Assembly (NCBI GenBank): GCA_949358305.1
Contig: OX442314.1
Coordinates: 12,958,001 to 13,022,000 of the forward strand
Length of the DNA: 64,000 bases
Source: Strigamia acuminata
Taxonomy: Eukaryota
Direction of reading: 5' to 3'
Each line of letters begins with the position of its first letter. Within the stretch, counting starts at the first letter, position 1. Of this stretch, positions 12,401-25,303 are shown in pieces. Both the position numbers and the translations under genes were made by a program. A model generated the notes under the pieces. It saw nothing but the letters and a program-made list of their open reading frames with translations, searched no databases and was not told where the DNA came from.

Positions 12401-15400
12401 CCAAGCCCCAGATCTTTGATTCCCTTAAAATCCTTCTCTTCAAATGTTTTGTTGTTGTACACGATGAGTGAAGGTCCTTGCAGATGCTTCCAGTTGTCAC
12501 TTAGAAGATTCGTGTCGGTCGGTAGTTGCCTTTGGTCCAGTATGAAGCGAATTTCGGTGGCGCCGGCATCATCCGCATTTTGGATCATTTCGTTTATCAC
12601 ATCAGAGTTGCTGCTGTATTCGTCCAAAATGTTGTGTATTCTTGTTGTCAGTTCTTCGTGTTGGCCAAAACTCTCCCCGATTTCAAATAGTGGTTTGTAA
12701 AACGTCTGCGCTACCATGTCACGTATAATGCGAACACCAAGTTTCCGCGCAATACTTCGAGGAATCATGCCGTTGCAGAAATTGGCGCCAGCCATCAAGT
12801 TCTCTGGGATTTCTTTCATGTCCAGTTCCCAGAAAATCAAACTGGAGACTGGAAACAAAATCCCCTTTTGATCAGGTACCAACAACCCGTCCAGATTAGC
12901 CGATGACTCATCGAGTGCGTCCGATATATTTTTGCACAAATGTACAGCAATTTGAAGTGCATCTGAAGGCAATCGCTTTTTGCCATGTTTTTCTTTCATT
13001 CGTTGCAAAGCATCAATGTAATCTTGAATAGAGAATGCCTGCTTTATACCAAACTTCAACAACAAATCCGCATATTTCTCGTATACCGTCCCCTTAATCG
13101 AATATAAGTAAGGCGCATAGTTCTCCCGTGTATGATCGCTGCACACGTAATGATACGGTACACATGTTGCTTGATTAAACAGCAGAAGCGGTAAAGTTGC
13201 AAAATCGTTGATTAATGGTTCCAGGCGTTCGGAAGCAGATTTCAATTGGCCTTGGAGTGTCTTGTAACATACTGACACGATGTCTTGCATCTTCGAAAAA
13301 AAAGAATTATGAATCAAATGCATACACACAGTTGTTGCAATTGCGTACAAGTATCCTTCGTTATACGAGATCTCCCTTTACAGGATTTGGCTGTAATGCG
13401 GTTTAAAAATAAATACAAAGTGGCAATTAACCTGCAATTGAATCCAAGTAAAACTCGTTATGTGCAGATAACTGCAGTACTTTCACCTCCAGTTGACCCA
13501 ATCCTCAATGCTAATTCGATTCGTGTGTTTTGTGAATCAATTAATCGCGTGTATATCGAAAGATACTTATGCTCACTGCCAAAAATATATTCAAAACTTA
13601 CCATTTCAATTTGCAGAGTTGTGCATTTCTTTGGCAATAATGCGATGTAATTGTCCGAAACGTGTTTAAGATGTTTAAAAAGAAGAACCAAGTCAACGTT
13701 TGTGTGATCAGCAAAGCCTAACGGGATTGGTAAAGTTGCGTTGACGACGGGACTCACAGAACCGACCACAAGCGCGCAATCTTGTTGCACGAGTTCGGCT
13801 GCCGAATACAGAATGCCTTGCTTGTCGGACCCGAACCAATACAGGTTTTTCGGATAATCCGAAGGTCTATTTGTCTGAGCTTGAAATAATTTAAAGTGTT
13901 TCATTTCCGCTACTTGTCTCGAGTTTAATCTACGAAAATTTGCAAGCAAAACTTGATTAAAGCAAACTAACTTGGTTTCATTTTTAAAACCAGCGTTATG
14001 AATCAAACGTGCTGTTCGCATAATTTCATCAGCAGTTAGGTCAGTGATTTTTCTTAATCCCAGGCTCCGCAGACTGTCCAATATCATCCCCGTGTTGTAT
14101 TTCCCGGATGGAAAGCGGCCCGTTTCGCCATAAAACAAATTCTGCAGATCCGAGACATTCGGATCGAATAACGAGGATGGCGAGTAGTATCGTCCATCAT
14201 CACTGGGTACAAAACTGTGATTGATCAAACGATCTCGGACGCTCCATAGATGCATGTAATCGAATGCCCACAACATCAACGATGAAAAGTCATTGGAACT
14301 GTACATGCTTCGATTTTCGACGATTTGCTTTGCTATTTCTTCTCGAGTAATTGCTCTAATTCGCAACAATTGTCGAAAGTTGTCGTCTTGTTGGTCTCTG
14401 CAATCCAGATAGGTAACGTTTGTTTTAACCAGTTCTGGAAGACCATCGAACTTAACTGCCACGGCATCACGGCAATGTGCAATCGATGTCACCTTATTAA
14501 AGCAAACAGTATTCGATTGCCATCGCAATATCTTAAAAAGTGGGAGTTTCCGTATCACCATCATGCAGTCTGGCGTAATTCCTTCAATGTGTTTCGTAAA
14601 ATATGCAACAATTTCACTTCTGAATATATCTTGAGTTCGTAGAACTTCTTCAATCGATGAAAAGGTGCAATTCTGTAGCAGTTGGGCCAAACTCGACGCT
14701 CCTTCTTTGTAGATGTAGTTGACAAGATATTTGTGCCGCAATAAGAGATTGGCAGGTACCGAAATTGCATCTGCATATGTCAACAGCTTTTCTATGTTCG
14801 CCGAAAAGGAATTTTCTACAAATAGACGACTGTCCAGTCTCGAAGGAAGCGGCAACAGAGTCCATTTATTCTTGGCGCAGTCCAGAATTGTGAGTTTTTC
14901 AAATTGTGACAGGTCTGCGGGGTACATTTCTTGCAGATGCTTCCACAATCGTTGTAACCAACTCTTATTCGGGAATGATACCGCGTTTAAGTTGTAGTTT
15001 ATTGGTTGGTCGCTTTTCCAGCAGTCCGGCAAAGCTTGTTTTAGAAGCGTGGGGAAATTAGCCTTATCTATTCTTTTAACTTTAGAAACTAATTTTAAAA
15101 AAAAGATTTAAAATAGAAAAAGGATTTTAGAAACATATCGTACGGTACCTTTAACGTTATTGAAAAAATAAACGATCGAATCCGTTAAATTTGTAATGTT
15201 AATGATAGAGTTGCTCAGACTTGGCAGTAAACTTTGGTAAGTTTCTGAAGCCAAGTATAAATCTGTTGATTGCATTGTACCAAAAGCACCACTGACCAAT
15301 GGAATGATTGGGAAATCTTTGATGTACGCCGTTAGTATTGAAGATGCGATATTTGCAACAAAATATTGAAGCAATAACAAACGATCTGCTTCACCTAAAA

Positions 15401-18400
15401 ATATTAAATATTTCTATTACATGTCACCATTTATCTTATTAATAGTTACCAATTGCATTCCAAGACCGTAATTTTTTCAACTCCTTACAGACAACCTTGT
15501 AATCTGTGTAATTTATTCGACTCTTGTCGCCATACTTATTCACTGCGTTTAAAATATTGCTCGGAGCATGCACGTAAGGGGTTTTCGTTTGATTTAAGCA
15601 ACGACGAACAGCTCCTGAAATTACCTCGTTGTTGTTTTCACTTAAATTATCCACATACATGTTAGCGTTTAAGGTCGTCCAAGTCCCACCGGGGCATGAA
15701 ATCTAATTAATTTAACAACAACAAAATTGTTCAAGAAAAAAATCAAATTACAACACTTATAATAATTACCTTTAAAACGGGTTGATCGAATAATAAATTG
15801 AAAAATGGCGCCAAAACAGCTTCCCATCTTTCATGCACCTCGTCTACATCCGGCCACAACTTATACGATTCTTCAGGATAATTATCCACACAAAATCGAA
15901 TCAACTGGACATAGGCGACAGGAATAACCTCTGAATTTTTAAACAAATATTAATTACTTTCAAGAAATACAATAACAGAAAGATTTTTTTAACCTTTTAC
16001 TAGAGCTGCGTTCCAATTTGCATCAGTGTCCCGAGTTTGATCAGAAGACGGCCACTTAAGATTACGTCGATTGTCTTCCAGTCCGAAAAACGCATTAACG
16101 TGCACCGGCAGTCCCGTCATGTTCTCAGAGTTATTTGGAAGAGGAAGAAAACAAAAAATCCGCCCTACAGAAACCCAAGTAGAATTCATTGAATAACAAA
16201 AATTCAATCGCTTTGAAATCTATTCGTTTCTACCTTCCACAGGGGTTTCCACTCGAGCCGCCAATGACACCCATGGCAATCGTTTCACCTGGTTTTCCAT
16301 ACTCCAACTTGCAGGAGCATTGGAATGCTTCGGTACAAAGTGCGACACAATCCAAGTTGTACATTGATTTGTCCACGGTGAGATTCCACTGTCGATATTT
16401 AACATCATATTCACGGCCAGATCGCTCGTTATTTTATCACCGCGTTTTCTAAACTCTACGATTTTGTCCATTTCCTGCAAGAAAAAAAAATATGTAACTT
16501 GTAAAATAATAATTAATATCGAGTGCCTACCTGGTTCAATTGAGCTCTTTTACTTCGCACGGTTTTAATAGAGCCGGAAGATACATTAGCTGCATTTAAT
16601 TGAGAATTTCTATTCCAAATTTCTATGGTTTCAAGATGCGATAAAAATAAAAGAATTTCTTCAATTTCACTTGAGAAGTTTTCAAACAATTTCTCAACCT
16701 AAAATGAAACGAGATTTGCAACGTTTACACAGGTATCTCAAAGAGAAGACTATGGATTCTTGAAATGTGTGATAAAATACATAATGTAATTCATGAAAAT
16801 TTTAGATTTTATGAAATTTAAAATTTTGATATTTTGTACATCAGGAAAAAAATATCTATTTTTAATGAGTCCAGTTTTCAACTCCAAAAGAAATCTGGTC
16901 ACCTAAAAATTTCAATAAGATATTTTTTCATACCATAGTTTGATCGTAGACTGTTGACGACAACCCAGAGGGTGCGGGTCGGAACGGCAGCCTGATCAAG
17001 GTCCCATCGTACTGCCATTGGTTAAAAAACCCAGCTCCATTCATCGTCTTTGCAGCAGTTTCAATTGGAACGAATTGATCCCGACTTCTCTGCATTTCAA
17101 TTCGATGTTCCTGTTTGTTTAATTTCCACTGAAATCCACTTCTACGCTTCGCAGTCTGTCGAATTGTCCCATTAAACAACGACTCGGTCGGTTCCATAAC
17201 TACCAATTTATTGCCACTTAATATCCAAGGCATGTCTGAAATTGGAAAATTCCATCAACCATTTTTTTTTTAAAACCAAAATTAATATTTTATTTCTCTT
17301 TTTTAACCTGTGAGATGGTAAACAGAGTTGAAACCAATTCCAAATTTTCCAACTTTCAGTACACTATCTGCTTTGTGTGACTGCTGCGGTTTCCTGATTC
17401 CTTTAGCAAAAAAAAAATTAAAAATTAAAATAACAACAGAGCGAACACGCAAAACGTGTTTAAATATCACGCAACGCCTTTTATACCTTTCCAATCGCAT
17501 TTTTCGAATCGTGCATTGTTGTAGGCACACAACGCTGGACCTTGGCAACAACTTAGGTTTCGGTGAAAAAGAGAGTTTCGTCCATAACTATTTGTATCGT
17601 GCAGAAACTTAACGACAGTCGCACCAGCATCTTCTGCATTCTGCAGTAACTCCTGTTTACGATCATTAAAAAGATCAATTTGCATAAAATTGCTTCCAAA
17701 GTGGCCTTAGAATGTGAGATATTACCACAAATTATAATCTGTGATATTTATTTATTGGTTTATTTAGGCCTATATTAGTTAAAGTGATATTTTTTTTCTT
17801 ACCTTTAATTGGCAGCCATCTGGGTATTTTTTCAAGATTCCTTTAATGAAAACCGATAAAGGCGGGACCGTAAGGTCAAAGTCTGCAATATGTTAAAAAA
17901 AAAAACGATTAAAATCTGGTAAATAAATTAAACTTGCTTCTCGGTTTGAGTTTTTGTACTAAAATTTGAATCTCGCGCCGTGGCAACAGTTGTGTTGTTA
18001 CCATGGTTACGCTGTGTTAATTTATATTATTTTTATTTTTTAAATAATAATTTTTTCTTATTGTTCTGAAATACTACTTGCATTCCTCGTGAAACATGAC
18101 TCATTATTGGTTATTTTAGTGGAGGAAAAAAAATTGATAAAATGCGTGCTAAAGTATTAAAACCGAAACCGAAACTAATGTCTGAGCTATTTCCCGAGCT
18201 ATTGATTTTTTTTTTAATTTTAAATTTAAATTATCGTTTGAGAAGAAAACTTTAAATTTTTTCTGATTCTGTGTGCGAAATTTAACAATTGAGGTAATTC
18301 AATTAAAATGTCGTTAAATCAGAAAGTTACATATATTTTTTTTTCTGATTTATATTTTACCGAGGGGTGCGACATTTGACCGAATCTCTGACAATGGCTT

Positions 18401-21400
18401 CCGAATCTCGCCCGAATCTTTCCGAATCCCGCCCGAATCTTTCCGAATCCCGCCCGAATCTTTCCGAATCCCACCGAATCTTCGAATCTCGAATCTTTAA
18501 ATTGTATACAAATCGAGGAAAATAAAGTCAAAATTTATGATAAAAAAATGTAATAATATTTTTACAAAAAACTGGAATAACCAAGGGAATAACTGACAAC
18601 TGTAAATAAATCGAGAAATAAATGTTCCACATTGAAATTGTCGGAAATTGTCGTTGAAATTGTCCGTATCGGAGGAAATTATACCTGCGCACCTCGCTGC
18701 GCGGTATCTGCGCATGCGCATTTATGATTTAGCGCGAACTTCAAATTAATCCCGGAATTCAACATTGTTCGCAATTGTGATTGAGTTGGATTGCGTGCTA
18801 TTTTACCTCGTATTTTACTTTATCCTATTAAAGGTAAGACTTTTGCGGATTATTATTTTCTCATTGATTATTTTTATGATGCTTTTCGTTCCAACTACAG
18901 GTTCCTCTGGCAAGTTCCATTCATACGACCATACGAAAATTGTTACGAAAGTCGACGATTTTTTTAGCGCTACGGTGAAATTCGAGTCAAACTTGAATTG
19001 AAATTGAATTGAAATTGAATAATTAGTACGGTAACAGATTATGAACTAAGTGCGCGTTAATTTGATATTTCGGAAAAGCTATTTCTATTGATATCGGTTG
19101 AAATATACGTATGGCGACGTATGGGCTATTTCGGGCTATTTTCACCGATTTTGGTTGAAATGATCGCCAAATTCCTACTAAAAAAAATGTTCCTTATTCC
19201 ACAAGAAAATATATTATTCGTTTTTTTTATTCTAATGAAAAAAAAATCTGATTTGATTTACTACTAACTTGTAAGTTATTAATTTAAAGGAAAATGAAAC
19301 TCTTTAAAATTTGTAATTAGCAAAATAAGATCTTTTTTTTTTGTTTTTTTTTATTAAATTTGAGTATGGATTATAAATAAAACAAAATAAATAAAATATA
19401 TTACCTGATTCTTTTTTTATATTCCATACACAAATGTAATGGAATCGAATGGAATAATGAACAAATTTTTTTATAATTTACCTTACTTTTACTTATATTG
19501 GCCAATGATAGAGGTGTCTCGCAAAGATATTATCGAGGATATTATTCATTTTTTCGACCAAAAATTCATTTTTTGGACGAAAAATTCATTTTTTGAACGA
19601 AAAATTCATTTTTAGGTTAAAAAAAATTCATTTTTTTGACAAAAAATTTATTTTTTGGACGAAAAATTTATTTTTTGGACCAAAAATTCATTTTTATGTT
19701 AAAAAAATTCATTTTTAGGTTAAAAAAAATTGTTATTTACACCCAAAAAATGAGCCGGCAATAACTTCGCAATGCGTCTGCAAAAGGGCGGTTTTTTGAT
19801 CCGCTTTCCGGCTACAATTACGTCGTTTTAGGCCCGCAAAAATAGCAGCTTTACTAATAAATAATGTTTTGCTTCAGATTTCTTTTTCTGTGGGAAGGAT
19901 GTCGGATGGAACGGTTTGGCAATTCGCAACAGAGAATGATATTTCGCCACAGATCCAAGCCTGCTTGAAAGCTGCAGGATATTTCACATTAACTGGAATT
20001 TCAAAAATTGAAAGCAATGAATTGATTGAAAAATATCTGCAGGATACAGCTGATCTATACGAAGATGAGAAAGAGCTGAAAGCGATTTATGGAAAATTCC
20101 ATAAAAAGCCCGAGAAATTTCGTTTTGCACCTGGACAACATGAAGAAATAACACGATTTAAAGATATCTGTCGAAGGAAAATCGATGACAACGAGAAAAC
20201 CGTGGTGAAAACACATAAGCGGCTGAGACTGTCAGACAAAGCTAATGATTCTTGTGGTCAGAAGTTTTGCAACTATGGAACTGAAAAAAGCACCACATCA
20301 AACACCAATACGTCAGAAACCGACACTCATGAATCCATAATTTACACTGATGTGAAATTAAAAATGAGAAAATGGCTTGCAAAACAGACTGATCCAGCGC
20401 TAAAGAGTTTAAAACACGAAAAAGATTTTAAATTTACCGTATCCTCCAGCGAATCAAGCAGTGACAATATATTTGAACATTATGAAGTTGTGGTGTTGTG
20501 TTTGATGTGTAATGGGAAAATACGATTGCACATCAGAGATAAACACTTTACTGTTTTCAATGCAACAAGACATCTAGAAAAGTGCGCTAAAAGGTGTAAA
20601 TTTGGAAACATGACCCAAAAAAGTTTGCCATTATATTTCCGTGCAACAGGAGAGAAGAATGGGGAAGAAATAACCCACAACGATGATAATGATAATGACC
20701 AGTTTAATTATGTTACAGAAAATAATGACAATGTAAGCTTATGTACGAATGAAATGCAATTAGATCTTGAGTTGGGTGCAAATCAAGATATTGTAACAAC
20801 CACGCCAATAGGTAATGAATAAATAAATTGTTTTATGCCTTTTACAAATGATAACAAATTTTTATAAAATTGCAGAAATGTACTCCAGAGCTTATTACAG
20901 AAAAGAAAAAAGCAAAAAGGAATTGTTACAATCAAGTGCGATGTGCCAAAAGATTACCAATTTTTACAACCCTCTTGATGAAATTCGACACTTGTTAATT
21001 GAAAACAAAAATTTAAACAACTTTATAACGCATTTGCTGCAGCAGCAAAGTACGGCAGTTACTGAAGACCACTCAAGCCTGGAACACACTGTTGAATCCA
21101 CGGTTAAACCCAGCAATTTTTTGCAGCTAATGTGGGATGCAGCTATCTCAAATACCAAACGAAAACGAAATGAATACGACTCAGATTCGATAAAAGAATT
21201 TGCTATGTTGTTATTTATGTGGCTTGGACCATCGAAATACACAATTTTATATGCGAATTTAAATTCCGGTATACCAAGCAGTCGCCAGGTTGAAAGATAC
21301 CTAAAAAAATTCCAAAACGATATTACAGAGGGAAAACTAAGAATTGGTTATTTGAAGCAACATATGGAGAGGTACAACTGTACTAACAACACTGTTTGGT

Positions 21401-23585
21401 TAAGTGAGGATGCAACACGCCTAGTGCAATCAATCAACTATGATGGCGATAAAAATGCATGTGTTGGATTTGTCTCACCGATATCAGCAAGTGGATTGCC
21501 GGAAATTAATACGTTTCCATTCACATCCATACCAGATGTCAAAGCTTACTTCAAAAATTATAATTTTGCTAATCAAGCATACGTTATTATGGCACAACCA
21601 ATGTGTCCAAATGTTCCAGCCATTTGTTTTTGTTTATTTGGAAGTGATAATAAATTCACATCTACTAATGTTCTGAACCGATGGAAAACAACACTTGATG
21701 AGTGCAATGCAAATGATATTGTGATCGCAGGTTTCAGCGCTGATGGTGATCCGAAATTATTAAGGAGTATGCAGTTATCAAGTGGTCTGTTTTGTGAACC
21801 AAAAACAGTCTTTCAAGAAAAAGAAGAGGATCCAAACAGGATTTCTTCAACTGAAAACAAATGGTTTATTATGAATGGAAACATAAAGTTTTCTCTCATT
21901 CAGGACACTATTCACATTGGGGCAAAGCTACGTTGTCGTTTGCTTAAGAAAAATCGTTTACCAATTGGACACCGTTTTATATGCATTTCACATTTACAGC
22001 ATATAGTGGAAAATAATTCAAAGGATTCACATCCATTAAGACTTTCTGATCTTGATTGCCGAGACAAGATGAACTATGCAGCTGTCGAGCGAATGGTGTC
22101 CAAAAATGTTCTTGAATTAATTGAAAAAAAAGAAGAATTTAGAGGAACATTATTGTATCTAAAAGTGATGAAATTTGTGTTGGATTGTTTTTTAGCAGAC
22201 GACTTGTCTCCTCTCAAACGAATAGAGAAAATTTGGACTGCGATTTTCATCTTACGAGGATGGAGATTCTGGTTAAAAAACTGTACCACTTGCAAGCAAC
22301 TGGACAGTTTTATAACTACCAATGCGTATCAGTGCATCGAATTAAATGGCCACAGTTTAATACGTGTTATTGAAACTTGCAGAGAAAATTCATTGCCATT
22401 TTTACCACAATTACTTGGATCGCAACAATGTGAACAACTCTTTCGTATTGCCAGAAGTTACTCTGTTGTGAATTCAACAATTGTTAATTTCAGTCTCAGT
22501 GAGTTGATAAAAAAAATTTATCGAATTGAATCCGAATTAGCTGTCAGAGCTTCTGCCAATTCGAATAACATTCTAAAGATGCCAAAATTAAAAAAATATT
22601 CATCTAAGATGGGTGAAATGCCTTCGACATTCCAAAATGTTAGCTGTCCAACAAAGAATGAAATAATCATAGACGGTATTTCTAAGGCACAACGAAAAGC
22701 TGTGCTATTATTGCACAGTGTGGGGATCGGCTTTTTATATCCAAACAACATATTCAATGATAATTTACTTGTTAAGGATGTCATTGTCAGATCTGACCAT
22801 TTAAGTCAAAATGAAGAGGAAGAATCCGAAACCAACATTGAACCAAATGAAAAAGTAACTCCGATATTAGATGAAGATGAGGAAACACAGGCAAATTTAG
22901 AAGTTATGACACGAAATAATTTAACTAGAAAATTAAAAAAAGTGAAAATAAATGGACTGTCATGCTTTGTATATGCTGACCAAGAAGAACCATTTTCATT
23001 TGATGATATTCCAATTGAAAGTCTGTACATGCCGTATATGATCAAACAAAAAAATGTTTTAATTCGAAAAACAACAGCTCTTAGACTTATCCATGAAAGA
23101 GGATTCTTGTCATCAGATAGACAATTACGTGTACAAGGAAAATTTTGATTGTAAATTTTAATATTTCAATAGTCTCAAATAAAACTAAATAAATGTTCAT
23201 TTTATTAAATGTCTCAAATAAAATGAAAAAATATCTCCCACTTTACTAAATTTATTTGAAAAAAATCCGAAAAAATCATATGAATCTTTCTGAATCCCAT
23301 CCGAATCCCATCCGAATCCCACCGAATCCTACCGAATCCCGCCGAATCCCTTCCGAATCTCCCCGAATCCCATCCGAATCCCCCGAATCTTTCCGAATCT
23401 TTCCGAATCCCATCCGGATCTTTCCGAATCCCCCGAATCTTTCCGAATCTTTCCGAATCCCATCCGAATCTTTCCGAATCCCATCCGAATCTTTCGAATC
23501 CCAAAAAAGATTCGAATCTCTGACAAGCAGATTCTGATTGTCGCCCCCCTCGTATTTTACCGTCGTCGGAATCCGTATCCCCCAT
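6446..23585 (-). CDS. SACS: Sacsin-like protein, paralog A (multi-exon; 2 GHKL-ATPase sacsin repeats, J-domain, HEPN-like C-terminus)
   Basis: Exon 1 (23585..23561, MGDTDSDD, phase 1) joins exon 2 (17882..17803, [23 protein letters not shown]). ATPase motifs [11 protein letters not shown] and [14 protein letters not shown] follow. A second repeat, FGQHEELTTRIHNIL...[11 protein letters not shown]...[11 protein letters not shown], lies in 8848..13290. J-domain LYLLWHPDKHP. HEPN-like exons at ~7190..6446 (WCQQAKFDL...EWVFYKCYQV). GT-AG introns. Confidence 0.88.
17997..18010 (-). promoter_or_regulatory. X-box (RFX-type) motif in intron 1 of sacsin A
   Basis: Minus strand GTAACCATGGTAAC matches the consensus GTHNYY-AT-RRNAAC. 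Confidence 0.4.
18159..18176 (-). promoter_or_regulatory. ISRE/IRF-type element in intron 1 of sacsin A
   Basis: Minus strand AGTTTCGGTTTCGGTTTT fits the ISRE consensus AGTTTCNNTTTC; the same motif recurs in paralogs B and C. Confidence 0.55.
18380..18496 (+). repeat. Left subterminal tandem array of ~10-bp CCGAATC(C/T) units
   Basis: ccgaatctcgcccgaatctttccgaatcccgcc... visible directly. Confidence 0.9.
19545..19732. repeat. ~19-21-bp tandem repeat (aaaaattcattttttggac-like) inside the transposon
   Basis: About 9 degenerate consecutive copies. Confidence 0.85.
19899..23148 (+). CDS. Spliced transposase, P-element-superfamily-like RNase H fold (exons 19899..20811 and 20876..23148)
   Basis: A 64-bp GT-AG intron joins the two long ORFs in frame (ATA G|AA ATG). 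Motifs SEDATR, SADGD, QDTIH (D-x2-H), RDKMN and SQQCEQLF parallel the P-transposase D, D, DxxH, insertion-domain and E motifs. Zinc-finger-like CLMC...HLEKC in exon 1. No internal stops. Confidence 0.8.
23280..23520 (+). repeat. Right subterminal tandem array of ~10-bp CCGAATC(C/T) units
   Basis: More than 20 consecutive units, in the same orientation as the left array. Confidence 0.9.
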
Positions 23586-24399
23586 GTCTTGAAAATATTT
23601 TTCTTCTTTTTCTGATCCGGTATTTTTCGCCAAAATATACTGAATCACAAAATTTCGCTTTTCTATTGATCACTATTACAGGAGGTCTGCATGTCCCCTC
23701 GTAATAATATGATCTGACCAATTTTTCGCACTGCTCAAGGTTTTTCGTTGGGTCGATTAGGGGAATCCCGGCAGCTTGAGCCAATGCTATCTAATTCCAG
23801 TTCAGTTGTGACTTTAAACATACATTTAATCGGTCAATGGCGTTGTTATGACGTAATATGTCTTTACATGTACCACAGAAAAAGTAAGCTGATTGCTCCG
23901 GGTTGCTCTATTTACTCACTAGTCTTTACTTTTTCGCTCAATCACATTTTTTAAAGATTTCATATCGTCGTAGTTTGCAACAAACAAAATTTTTCAATAA
24001 ATTTGAATACTTATTTTTTTATTTTGTTTATTTTTATTTCCACAGCTCGTTTAACATGTGCTAGCCGCTAGCCCACTTTCACGGTTATGGTTTTCACTTT
24101 TCAACTGGACTTTTCAGTATTCTACTTCCATAATGCATTGCGCACAAATCTTGAATACGGAATAGATGGTGGACCTATGTGGTGGACTGTACGACTCGTG
24201 AGATATTAATATTGTTTTCTCTTTATTTATGATTTAAAACAATTAAATTTCGCCGAGATGAAAACTTGTATATTTTTTTTAATCGATTAATTTCTGTTTG
24301 AAACGAAAACTGTAACGTAGCGATTACGTGTACGCGCCAAGTTGTCTATAAAAAAAAATAAAATACTTGTTTTTTTTTTATAAAATACATGTATTTTAG

Positions 24400-24745
24400 A
24401 CATATCGAAGAGGATGACATTGACAACTTGGATGAATTTGCTGATCAACCGGAGGAGTATGGCGATAACATAGATTTACTACCTATGTCAAAAGTTTCAC
24501 AATCTCAACAACTGAATAATAGAATGACAACTCCTTTTATGACTAAATGCGAACGGGCGCAGGTATTGGGCACCAGAGCTTTGCAAATAGCAATGTGCGC
24601 ACCGGTTACGGTTGAACTGGAAGGTGAAACTGATCCCTTAAAAATAGGAATGAAAGAACTGAAAGTGCGAATAATCATTCGACAGTATTTACCCGATAGA
24701 AGCTACGAAGACTGGGCAATCGATGAACTCATTTTGAATGAATAA
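24400..24745 (+). pseudogene. POLR2F: Degenerate copy of RNA polymerase I/II/III shared subunit RPB6 (RPABC2)
   Basis: [38 protein letters not shown] is clearly RPB6. Normally highly conserved residues are changed (KYERAR to KCERAQ, loss of KIP in KARKIPIII, RRYLPDGS to RQYLPDRS). It begins at a splice acceptor (~24399) with no clear upstream exon. Confidence 0.7.
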
Positions 24746-25303
24746 GATAGAACTGTAACTCGTTTTTAACGTTTTTAAACCCGGCTTGGCGGTTCAGTAC
24801 TTTGAATTTACCGCAATTAAGAGTAACTATGATGTTAATTTTAAATTATTAGTACGCAATCAGGAAAAAATAATTTTGTAATAAAATGAATAATTATGTA
24901 TAACGTATTGAAGTCAGTTCTGCTCATATTTGATTAACGATTCCTTTCATGCAGTTTCAATATTTCTTTTACATACAAGCAGTGGATTATCATGAAAACT
25001 ATTTAAAATAACCAAACCATTGAACATTTTAAATTTTTTATATTTCTTTGCAAAATTACAAATTCTTTACAAATTACAATGATTAATAAAAACTGCACAC
25101 AAGAAATATTTCTTCTTCAAATTATTAAGTATTATTATTATTATTACTAAATATAACATAATAGAAAAATCGGTTAATAATATAATATTTTTTTCTTCAA
25201 ATTATTAAGTATTATAGAGAGGGATTTAGTAATGGAATTAAAAATTATTGATAATATAATAGAAAGACCAGTTAAAAATATACAACAAGTTTTCAACAGT
25301 TCT

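Larger units (their letters stand above)
18361..23552 (+). mobile_element. Full-length cut-and-paste DNA transposon, P-element-like, 5192 bp
   Basis: 14-bp imperfect TIRs: CGAGGGGTGCGACA at 18361..18374 and TGTCGCCCCCCTCG at 23539..23552 (13/14). Perfect 8-bp TSD TATTTTAC at 18353..18360 and 23553..23560. Subterminal CCGAATC arrays at both ends; internal transposase gene. Confidence 0.92.

Noticed and set aside
17883..18004. Alternative first exon for sacsin A (ATG at 18004 with a GC-AG intron)
   Set aside because: In frame but needs a weak GC donor and has no similarity to B or C. The 23585 micro-exon matches the acidic N-terminus, phase and intron length of B much better.
23214..23648. ORFs with GWDSERF / RIPSES repeats
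   Set aside because: Translations of the transposon subterminal array; only the MGDTDSDD micro-exon is considered real.
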